NCBI GenBank assembly: GCA_038045945.1
Contig: JBBSXC010000004.1
Location: 160,001-224,000, forward strand
Direction of reading: 5' to 3'
Source: Nanobdellota archaeon
Lineage (GTDB): Archaea; Nanobdellota; Nanobdellia; Pacearchaeales; GW2011-AR1
Length of the DNA stretch: 64,000 nt
Shown: in pieces, positions 56,023-64,000 of the stretch
Layout: the number at the start of each line of letters is the position of its first letter
Numbering within the stretch: position 1 is the first letter of the stretch
The notes under the pieces: generated by a model
Databases searched by the model: none
What the model saw: the letters and a program-made list of their open reading frames with translations, nothing else
Told to the model about the DNA's origin: nothing
Made by a program: the position numbers and the translations under genes

Positions 56023-59000
56023 ATGGTGAATCTAGAGAGGAATAATTATATTCTGATAATAACAATGCTACTAATGTTCCCATTAGTAAACGCGTTTGAT
56101 GCAAATTTCTCAAGCTCATCACCGTTCTTAGACTTATCACAAAACAACACGATAAATATAACAATAGGGGCAATGTCAAACAACATAACAGAAATAGAAT
56201 TCCGATATCAAACAAATCTTGCAGGTTCACCACTACCAGACTTATTCATAAATTCCAGCAACGGAACAAGCGCAACAAGCATAAACTTTTCAGATAACAC
56301 AAACTATTCTGCAACAATAACAAGAACATACTTACTAAACTTCACAAATTCTAGCGGTACACCAATAATAAATAACGGAACAACAAAAAACTTCTGGATT
56401 AGCGTTGCGGCAAGAAGAATGGACTCTGGAACGGGAGCATTATTATCATTACAAATAAAAACAAAAGACCTTAACGGGAATATAAACACCACAACAATAA
56501 GTTTTTTCCCATCATTCGCATTTACAGGGTACGTACTAAACGAAACAGCATGTGTGAGCTGCGGACAAAACGGAACAAACGTAAGCATTTACGGAGCATC
56601 ACAAACACAAAACGGCCCACCATCAAGCACACTACTAGCTTCAACAATGACAAACGCAAGTGGATACTTCAGAATAGCAAGAGTTAATGCCTCATCATCA
56701 TTTGGTGGATTCCAACTAAAAATGGTCTATTACAACGCAACAGGGACAGCAACAAAAACGGGAATGATAATGCCACAATTTCCATCATTCATGTATTACG
56801 GCGCAGGAGGAGATGGGGAGTTTGACATGTCACTAAACGGAGCAACATTCTACCTACAACAAGCATTCACAATTAACCTATCAGCAAATAACGGAACAAC
56901 ACCAGTAAGTTTCGGATACGAAATAGTGGACCAAGCATTAGGATTCCCAATAGAAAGCTCATCACAACAAAAAACGAATAATGTCCAAGTAGTAGTGCCA
57001 GCAAGCAGAGGATACACAATATCATTTTTCAGAATGCCAGCATTCCCAGGAAGCTCAATAGGGTACTCTAACGACCCTGCGTGCTTTGGAACAGACTTCA
57101 TGAATGACTCATTATGCCCCGCACCACCAAAAACTTATGCCATATCAGCAGCAAATGCGGTTGGAGGAAACGTATCAATAATTAACCAAAGCTTAATAAT
57201 AAGAAAAGTAAACCTGATAGGATGCTTAAACCCTGCTAGCGGAGTAAACAGTTCACCAGTGAACGTGACAGCAATAAATATTAAGATGTTACCATGGACG
57301 ACGAGCGCAGGAAGTTTTGTTCCACCAACAAGGGGAGATGACGGAAGAATTAATCTAACACAAAGCATCAATTACACAACAACCGGATGCCCATTCGCAT
57401 TCTATAACATATCAGTACTAAACCAAACAGGGTACATGCTAGAATTCTACGCTAAGAACGGGAGTGTAGAATCAGACAATCCAGGATCAGCAAACAACTT
57501 AGCATCATTCATTAACCTAACCTCAAACGACGAATTAAGAATGAATGGAACACTATACAAACTAGCAGGAACATACAGAACAACAAACCAGACAGGACTA
57601 GCAATAAACACCTCATCAATAAAAATAAATGTGATAAACTCCAGCGGAGGAGCAGTAACTACAAGCATTAACGCAAACATAAAAGTAAGACATACAGCAT
57701 CAGGAATAGGAACAGTATTCTACATGATCGACACATCAAGCATAAGCAACGGATCATTCTACCTGCCAATATTCAACAACTCAAACTACGCTAAAGCAAT
57801 GATATTCTCACAAAACGGACCACCAAAAGAAATAAGTTTAAACTTGAGCGCAACAGAAATAAACATAACAATGACATCAATGAGCATGGACAAAGGATTC
57901 AAAAAATTTAACTCCACAGGGGGATTAGACTCAACAAACACTACCAGTATACCAATAAGAATGAGATTCTTAAGAAACACCCCTGAATGTGGAATGGCAG
58001 ATGCGCCAAGCACATGCGTAATAACAGAAATGAACGCAAGCTCATTCAACCCACTAAAAGCATTACTAGCAGGAAAAGTTAACATGGAATTAAAAATAAC
58101 AAGCACTAATGTAACACTAATATACAAAGACTATGACATGATGAGCGCTAAACAACCACCAATGGAATCAGTAATGGGAGACAGCGCAGACGCAAGAGGA
58201 ACAACAAGTGGAAGTACAGCAGTAAGAGACACATGGAACTTTGGTTCTTTCGCGCCTGCAGACTCATACTCAAACGTAACAGTAATAATACCATACTCAG
58301 ACACCACAACAGCATCAGGATACATCAATGACTCAGCACAAGTAAACGTATCAATACCAGTACTATATGATGAGAACAACAGAGTAACATGGAATAAGAG
58401 CATGGGGAGTGATTACGTAAACTTATCAGATGACTTTTCTGCATACAACAGCACTTATTACAGGGGGCTAATGAACACTAGCGGAGTAATATGCCAAAGC
58501 GGAGGATTTAATGAAACATGCTTCAAGAACACAACAGGAAACTACCTAGCATTAAACATACCGCACTTCTCAACAATAGGAGCACAAATATCAGGAGCAG
58601 CAACAACAGCCAGCAGTGATTCAAGCAGCTCAGGAAGCGGCGGTGGAGGCGGCGGAGGAGGAAACGGATACCACACATACTCAATAACACAATACCAACT
58701 AGACTCAGGATACAACAAAGTATTATACGCTTACGACAAAATAAGAATGAACATTTCAGGACAATACCACAACGTAATGCTAATAAGCATAAGCTCTAGC
58801 GGAGCAACAATAAATGTATCAAGCACACCACAACAAAAAGTTTTCGCAATAGGAGAAAAAAGCAGTTTTGACGTAACAGACGACGGAAAAAAAGACATAG
58901 AAGTAAAACTAGAAAAAATAAATAGTACAAGCGGATGGGCAAACGTGACAGTAACAAGAATAACCACAACAAACAATTCTATAGTGCCACAAAACCAAAC

Positions 59001-59226
59001 AAACAATAATGCACAAATACCCCAACAACCTGCTAGTAAAGGAGTAGGGGCAGGAACATTAAGCGAAGAAAAAATAATTTCTTCATCAACATGGTGGACT
59101 ATAGGAATAATAGTAACAATAATAGTATTAGCAATAATTGTAGCATTACTAATAACAAAGTACCAACAATACAAAGAAAACAAAAACTCAAGAAAAGTAA
59201 GAGTTTACGGAAATCTAGCAAAATAA
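56023..59226 (+). CDS. Large secreted, C-terminally anchored surface glycoprotein
   Basis: Signal peptide (PLVNA), very many N-x-S/T sequons, HFS motif then SSSSGSGGGGGGGG linker, C-terminal TM with basic tail. Confidence 0.8.
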   Translation: MVNLERNNYILIITMLLMFPLVNAFDANFSSSSPFLDLSQNNTINITIGAMSNNITEIEFRYQTNLAGSPLPDLFINSSNGTSATSINFSDNTNYSATITRTYLLNFTNSSGTPIINNGTTKNFWISVAARRMDSGTGALLSLQIKTKDLNGNINTTTISFFPSFAFTGYVLNETACVSCGQNGTNVSIYGASQTQNGPPSSTLLASTMTNASGYFRIARVNASSSFGGFQLKMVYYNATGTATKTGMIMPQFPSFMYYGAGGDGEFDMSLNGATFYLQQAFTINLSANNGTTPVSFGYEIVDQALGFPIESSSQQKTNNVQVVVPASRGYTISFFRMPAFPGSSIGYSNDPACFGTDFMNDSLCPAPPKTYAISAANAVGGNVSIINQSLIIRKVNLIGCLNPASGVNSSPVNVTAINIKMLPWTTSAGSFVPPTRGDDGRINLTQSINYTTTGCPFAFYNISVLNQTGYMLEFYAKNGSVESDNPGSANNLASFINLTSNDELRMNGTLYKLAGTYRTTNQTGLAINTSSIKINVINSSGGAVTTSINANIKVRHTASGIGTVFYMIDTSSISNGSFYLPIFNNSNYAKAMIFSQNGPPKEISLNLSATEINITMTSMSMDKGFKKFNSTGGLDSTNTTSIPIRMRFLRNTPECGMADAPSTCVITEMNASSFNPLKALLAGKVNMELKITSTNVTLIYKDYDMMSAKQPPMESVMGDSADARGTTSGSTAVRDTWNFGSFAPADSYSNVTVIIPYSDTTTASGYINDSAQVNVSIPVLYDENNRVTWNKSMGSDYVNLSDDFSAYNSTYYRGLMNTSGVICQSGGFNETCFKNTTGNYLALNIPHFSTIGAQISGAATTASSDSSSSGSGGGGGGGGNGYHTYSITQYQLDSGYNKVLYAYDKIRMNISGQYHNVMLISISSSGATINVSSTPQQKVFAIGEKSSFDVTDDGKKDIEVKLEKINSTSGWANVTVTRITTTNNSIVPQNQTNNNAQIPQQPASKGVGAGTLSEEKIISSSTWWTIGIIVTIIVLAIIVALLITKYQQYKENKNSRKVRVYGNLAK

Positions 59227-59282
59227 AGAAAGAAAAGCATTCGAGAAGTCAGTTTTAAATAGTTACTAAATCTAAAGAAAAC

Positions 59283-59438
59283 ATGAAAGAAAAAAGGGGA
59301 CAAGAGACAAGCACACTAATACCATGGATAATAGCAGTAGCCATTTTAGGGCTAGTTATTGCTGGAACTATAATAATAAATCGTAGTGGATCTTCTGCTA
59401 TTGATGTTATTAAGTCGATGCTTGGAAGAGGTTCTTAG
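59283..59438 (+). CDS. Small class III signal-peptide (pilin-like) protein, 51 aa
   Basis: Not in ORF track. MKEKRG/QETSTLIPWIIAVAILGLVIAG. Confidence 0.8.
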   Translation: MKEKRGQETSTLIPWIIAVAILGLVIAGTIIINRSGSSAIDVIKSMLGRGS

Positions 59439-60422
59439 ATGATTCGACACAAGGGCGGTCAGAGTGTAACAAGTTCTAAGCTAACTATCTGGGTAATCGC
59501 AGCAATAGTTTTGGTGATAGTTCTTGGGGGAATAATGAAGTTTGGAATACTGGAAAAAATTTATGGGATTTTCCCAGACTATACTGTTGATGATGCAAAT
59601 AATCTAATAAAATCTCAGGAAGACGCCGTGCCTATTCAAGAAAAGACTTCTGGTGACTGGGCTTCAATAAACGGGCGGATAGAGGACAAGGGGCATCTAC
59701 CTATTATTGGTTTAGAATTTGATATGGCTACAGGTATCTTAGAGTATGGAGACATAGCAGATAATGCTGTGTTCCGATGGAATCCTGATTTTATGGGAGA
59801 CCTCAGTATGCGGGGAAGAGTCCAAGTATACTTAAGATCAAACTTTAAAAAAGTTGATGCAGGAGGATATAGGCTCAGTCCAACATCTTACAAAGAAGGT
59901 TATGCTGACCTCCACGAAACTTCAAGAGATTATATCAACAAAATTATGAATTCAGACTCAGAAGAAGAAATGTTTGAGAATATTTACCAAGTAACAAAGA
60001 ACGAACCAGAACACATTAAAGTAATGCTACACTCAATTTACGGGGAATATTCAAGGCCTGCAAGAGAAATCTCTCTGCCAGAGTCTTACCAAAAACTTTT
60101 AACTCTAAGTCATAAAAACTACGTTGATGACGTTGATACTAACACCGAAGATGGAAAAATGATAACGGGTTATGAGCGGGTAGTCATATATCCTAATATG
60201 GTGCTTGAAGAAACGTTATTTGAAAAAAATAGTTGGGAAAAAACTAAATACCAAAATTTATACTTTTATTCTAAAGAAATAGACGCCTGGAATGGTAAAG
60301 AAAAGGTTTCTGTCTACCTGCTAAATAATAAAATCGCCAAGATAATAAGAGAATCTGCTGAAGGAAAATCCGAATCAATAGATTTCCATTATCTGATGAT
60401 AGAGAAAAATGATAAAAACTAA
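59439..60422 (+). CDS. Pilin-like protein
   Basis: MIRHKGG/QSV + hydrophobic helix. Confidence 0.7.
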   Translation: MIRHKGGQSVTSSKLTIWVIAAIVLVIVLGGIMKFGILEKIYGIFPDYTVDDANNLIKSQEDAVPIQEKTSGDWASINGRIEDKGHLPIIGLEFDMATGILEYGDIADNAVFRWNPDFMGDLSMRGRVQVYLRSNFKKVDAGGYRLSPTSYKEGYADLHETSRDYINKIMNSDSEEEMFENIYQVTKNEPEHIKVMLHSIYGEYSRPAREISLPESYQKLLTLSHKNYVDDVDTNTEDGKMITGYERVVIYPNMVLEETLFEKNSWEKTKYQNLYFYSKEIDAWNGKEKVSVYLLNNKIAKIIRESAEGKSESIDFHYLMIEKNDKN

Positions 60423-60936
60423 CAAAAAAGGATTTGAACTACTAGGTGGAAAGACTGTGGGAATAATAATCGGCCTTTTATGTTTAATAGTCTTATTAAC
60501 TCTCGGAGCAAAAATAGCGGGCGTTAGATCCCAAGCAGAGACAAAAGAAAGAGCTCAAGGGATGATGAATGAAATAGTTAGCATAATGGAAAAACTAAAT
60601 GAAGGACAAAGTCAAGAATATTTCATAACTGCTGTTCATGAATGGTATTTAGTAAGGAATTTTGATGTCTACCCGAGATCATGTAACGGAGATTATGAAT
60701 GTTTTTGTTTATGCCCTGATGAAAGCTATGAATCTTGTTTCAGTTATGATATATGCAAAGCTCCATACTACATAACTCTAAAAAAACTTCCAAGTGATTC
60801 GGGCTCGGCTCGCACTCTTGAGTTACATTCCCCAGTCAAGGGGTCTGATGAGTTAAAACAGAGCCTTGTGATAACAAAAAACTCTGACGGCTATTTAATC
60901 ACTTATAAACCTCTGCTACAAAAAGTTTCAACATGA
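60409..60936 (+). CDS. Pilin-like protein with Cys-rich domain
   Basis: NKKG/FEL + hydrophobic helix; C.....CFCLC.......C.....C. Confidence 0.8.
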   Translation: MIKTNKKGFELLGGKTVGIIIGLLCLIVLLTLGAKIAGVRSQAETKERAQGMMNEIVSIMEKLNEGQSQEYFITAVHEWYLVRNFDVYPRSCNGDYECFCLCPDESYESCFSYDICKAPYYITLKKLPSDSGSARTLELHSPVKGSDELKQSLVITKNSDGYLITYKPLLQKVST

Positions 60937-61052
60937 GAAAAAAAGGAGAAGGAGACATGAGTCCAATTATAAAAATATTACTCTTGATAGCATTTGCTCT
61001 ACTAGCCGGGGGAGCAGTCTATGTTTTAGTAACAAAAATAATTGGAGAATGA
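60933..61052 (+). CDS. Minimal pilin-like peptide, 39 aa
   Basis: Not in ORF track. MRKKG/EGDMSPIIKILLLIAFALLAGGAVYVLVTKIIGE; overlaps previous stop (ATGA). Confidence 0.75.
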   Translation: MRKKGEGDMSPIIKILLLIAFALLAGGAVYVLVTKIIGE

Positions 61053-61081
61053 TATTTAAAGTTAGAAAAACAAGAGAAATA

Positions 61082-62137
61082 ATGGAAAGTAAAAAAGGGG
61101 AGCTTACATCAGGGCAAATAATAGTTGTGATAATATTAGTTCTAAGCTTTGCAGCAGTGCTATTCTTCTACAATCTTTTAGACTTTGATAAACAAGTAGA
61201 CCGAGACGTTTGTGAAGCTACAATAGCTGCAAGAGGGGCGGCGAGATATGATGAAATATTTGAGTTGGGCCCTACAAGTATACCTCTGAAATGTAAAACC
61301 GAAAAGTATTGTATCTCGGATAGTGAAAATCTTGATGGAAAATGCGCTGGTTTGCCTCAAACAGAAGACAATCCTGTAAAAGCACAGGTCCTAAAAAAAG
61401 AAGGATCAACGCTGAGAGAGGTGAGGGAAGAGTACCTTGATTTCTTATCAGAGCAGTTATACAGCTGTAACCAACTTTTGGGAGAGGGTGAAATAAACTT
61501 CCTGCCTACAAAATCTTGGGACAAAAGTTATTGCTTAATATGTTCAAGAATAGAAGTGGATGAGAAATACAGAGACGAAATAGGAAAAGTTACTTATTTA
61601 GAATTATATAAACATATGGAAGAAAAGATGGCGCTTGATGGAAAATCATACTTAGAACATCTGGGGATGATAGAAGCAGAAAAAGCATTGAGCAACATAC
61701 TTGAAAGCATAAAGAAAACAGCTGAAGACAGCGACGATAAACAATTTGCAAGTACAATGCAACGAACAACTTTAAACAACTGGTATCTACCAGAAGGACA
61801 ATTTGCAATAATATCGATGATGCATATAGATGGAAACTTAGAAGAAGTTGTATCTGGTGTCGGTACTGGAATAGCTGTGGGGGGCGTGATAATTGCAGGC
61901 GTATTCTCTGGCGGGGCAACTTGGGCAGCATTACCATTCCTTATAGGGGGAACAGTTGTAGGAGTAGGGGCGGGAGCAACAGCTGGAGGATTTGTTTATG
62001 CATTAGGGTCAAGAAATAATGACTTTGAAAAAGGCGACCAAGAAGGAGAATATTTCTATTTACCGCCAACAATACACAGCTATGACTCAAAAACAATCAA
62101 TGCTCTAGGATGCAACAGCTTTGAAACAGCACCATAG
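61082..62137 (+). CDS. Pilin-like protein with glycine-zipper hydrophobic hairpin
   Basis: MESKKG/ELT + hydrophobic helix; Cys-rich body; GVGTGIAVGGVIIAGVFSGGA...GGTVVGVGAGATAGG. Confidence 0.8.
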   Translation: MESKKGELTSGQIIVVIILVLSFAAVLFFYNLLDFDKQVDRDVCEATIAARGAARYDEIFELGPTSIPLKCKTEKYCISDSENLDGKCAGLPQTEDNPVKAQVLKKEGSTLREVREEYLDFLSEQLYSCNQLLGEGEINFLPTKSWDKSYCLICSRIEVDEKYRDEIGKVTYLELYKHMEEKMALDGKSYLEHLGMIEAEKALSNILESIKKTAEDSDDKQFASTMQRTTLNNWYLPEGQFAIISMMHIDGNLEEVVSGVGTGIAVGGVIIAGVFSGGATWAALPFLIGGTVVGVGAGATAGGFVYALGSRNNDFEKGDQEGEYFYLPPTIHSYDSKTINALGCNSFETAP

Positions 62138-62154
62138 GGGGTGGTTATATAAAC

Positions 62155-62577
62155 ATGCTATGCAAAAATAAAAAGGGGACAGAAAACTTACAATATCTTG
62201 TTATATACCTAATACTAACGATAGCTTTCTTCGCAGCAATGTTCATATTTGTCTATAGCTCCTCCTCAGGCCTTTCCTTTAAAGAAAAAGCCTACGCAAG
62301 ACAAATAGCACTGATTATAGATTCAATGGAGCCTGGAACAACAGTAACATTAAACTTAGATTACATGAGAATAATAGCTAAAGAGAGTGAATACAGGGGT
62401 CCAGTCGTGTCTTTTATACAAAACAAAGATGGAATAAACGAAATAATAGTCCAGCTATCACAAAGTAATGGGCATTCATACAGATACTTTACGAGAATAG
62501 AACAACCTCTATTCAATGACGCCGGAAACATTGTGGAAATAAAAACTAAAAACAAAATTATCGAGGCACGATCATAA
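62155..62577 (+). CDS. Pilin-like protein
   Basis: KNKKG/TEN + hydrophobic helix; YARQIALIID. Confidence 0.8.
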   Translation: MLCKNKKGTENLQYLVIYLILTIAFFAAMFIFVYSSSSGLSFKEKAYARQIALIIDSMEPGTTVTLNLDYMRIIAKESEYRGPVVSFIQNKDGINEIIVQLSQSNGHSYRYFTRIEQPLFNDAGNIVEIKTKNKIIEARS

Positions 62578-62578
62578 A

Positions 62579-63094
62579 ATGTTAAATCTATCAAATAAAC
62601 GAGGTGAAGAAATAATATTTTTCTGGTTTTTCATAATATTCCTAGCTGTTGGAGTAACTTTTGGAGCAACAATCTCAGTTTTCAACTCATCAAAAACAGA
62701 CATAAGACTACTAGAATCAGAAATATTAGCACAGAAGGTTGCTAACTGTTTAATACGAGATAATGCCTTAGATTTAAATCTGTTAAGGAGCAAGGAAGAA
62801 TTTATGGAACTGTGTGGCCTAGAAGAAAAAATAATTGATAAATCAGGGCATTTTTACATAAACCTCACCATAACAAGAATAGAAGACCTTGAAAGCAAAA
62901 AAGTATTCAAAAATCTAGACTTAGGAAATAATGACTTAGTAATGCAATGCTCACTAAAAGAAGCATCTGACTCTGACGAGTCCATTAATCTGGGAATATG
63001 CTCTTATAGGAGAGTTTATGTAAACTTCTTAACAAATAATAAAAAAGAGCACGGGGTACTAGAAATAACTACTGGGGCTAACACAAAACTATGA
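62579..63094 (+). CDS. Pilin-like protein
   Basis: NKRG/EEI + hydrophobic helix; DIRLLESEIL...NCL. Confidence 0.8.
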   Translation: MLNLSNKRGEEIIFFWFFIIFLAVGVTFGATISVFNSSKTDIRLLESEILAQKVANCLIRDNALDLNLLRSKEEFMELCGLEEKIIDKSGHFYINLTITRIEDLESKKVFKNLDLGNNDLVMQCSLKEASDSDESINLGICSYRRVYVNFLTNNKKEHGVLEITTGANTKL

Positions 63095-63492
63095 TTAACA
63101 AAAAAGCAGAAATCGGAGCAACAATAGCTTGGATACCAGCAATCTTTGTAATAGCAATTATAATCTCAGTATACGTCGTGTTAGCAACGGGTGAACGAGC
63201 AAAATTAGGACAAGTACAATACGAACTCTTAACATCTTCTGAAAATCTAAAAGACACAGTAATACTACAATCACTGAGCACGTTAATCATTAATGGAAAA
63301 CTGTTCGATGCTGAATTAATAAAAAAGATCTGCAAAAATTATGATCTAAGATTCTTAGAGCTCGGAAAAGACTATTCTCAAGATGCAGAAAACCAAAGGC
63401 TTGATATGAACCTAAAAAGAAAAATAGACCTGGTCTATTATGGTTCTGGCGAACAGAAGAGGGTTGTCTTCAGGGAGGGAATTAGATGTTAG
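63091..63492 (+). CDS. Pilin-like protein
   Basis: NKKA/EIGATIAWIPA + hydrophobic helix. Confidence 0.8.
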   Translation: MINKKAEIGATIAWIPAIFVIAIIISVYVVLATGERAKLGQVQYELLTSSENLKDTVILQSLSTLIINGKLFDAELIKKICKNYDLRFLELGKDYSQDAENQRLDMNLKRKIDLVYYGSGEQKRVVFREGIRC

Positions 63493-63971
63493 TAAAAGCC
63501 GTTCATAATAAGCGTGGTTCAATATCGATACCTGTAGTCGTAATCGTATTCTTAATTCTAACACTCGCTGCGTATTCGCTGATGGTTTTTGGAAAAGAAA
63601 GAGAAGACTCCCAAACCTCTATCAGTCCGGGATTATTTTTGAGGGAAACTTATGTTAAAGAACAAGCGATAAGGCTATACGTAGACGGCGTTACTACCGA
63701 ATCAATAAGAATTTCAACAAAAGATAAAGAGTTGGATTTAGACCAATTTAAAAAAAGCTTTTTGGAAAAAATCAGAGAAGGATACTCAACATATCCTGAG
63801 ATGCAACAGTTGGAAGGTCAATTATCAAAAATAAGCTATAGTGAAAAAAGGTTAAAAGAAAACTTCGTAGTTTTACTAGCATCAACCTCCAGAATGCGTT
63901 ACAATGGCGAAAACTACCGAGTTGCAGAAGCAAAACACCAATTTTTAATAGACAGAGAATACTCATCATAA
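63486..63971 (+). CDS. Pilin-like protein
   Basis: NKRG/SIS + hydrophobic helix. Confidence 0.78.
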   Translation: MLVKAVHNKRGSISIPVVVIVFLILTLAAYSLMVFGKEREDSQTSISPGLFLRETYVKEQAIRLYVDGVTTESIRISTKDKELDLDQFKKSFLEKIREGYSTYPEMQQLEGQLSKISYSEKRLKENFVVLLASTSRMRYNGENYRVAEAKHQFLIDREYSS

Positions 63972-64000
63972 AATTTTAGAAACCTTTATAAATAAGCAGA

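Noticed and set aside
33178-58403. Many long Leu/Phe-rich antisense and Lys/Arg/Asn-rich alternate-frame ORFs in the ORF track
   Set aside because: Shadows of real genes; the extreme strand bias depletes stop codons in those frames

Overview
Chromosomal fragment of a DPANN archaeon, most consistent with Pacearchaeota/Woesearchaeota (inference from gene content: archaeal ribosomal/RNA-polymerase operon, PolD, Orc1/Cdc6, NucS, Hef, Dph6, little metabolism). From left to right: a surface-glycosylation locus, secDF, three tRNAs and a lone 5S rRNA, the rpl21e-rps13-rps4-rps11-rpoD-tRNA-rpl18e-rpl13-rps9 cluster, xerA, a bacterial-type thrS, a patchwork of small cassettes (21-27 kb), an ORB/DUE origin in front of cdc6-DP1-DP2, housekeeping genes, and a type IV pilus locus ending in nine tandem class III signal-peptide genes. 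The most striking unexplained structure is 2.5-4.5 kb left of the origin. Two convergent coiled-coil/winged-helix genes each carry 12-bp tandem DNA repeats in their linker-coding region. One of them also contains a perfect ORB with G-string inside its reading frame, and an upstream non-coding hub carries both repeat types. A related 10-mer (TGTACAAACT) recurs in one orientation between xerA and this locus. The strong A/C-versus-G/T strand bias does not invert at the cdc6 origin but relaxes at this gene pair. Together these suggest an undescribed replication initiation, termination or segregation module (hypothesis). The window also has a tRNA-Leu with anticodon AAG, which is very unusual for Archaea. 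All calls were made by eye; no searches or computations were run.
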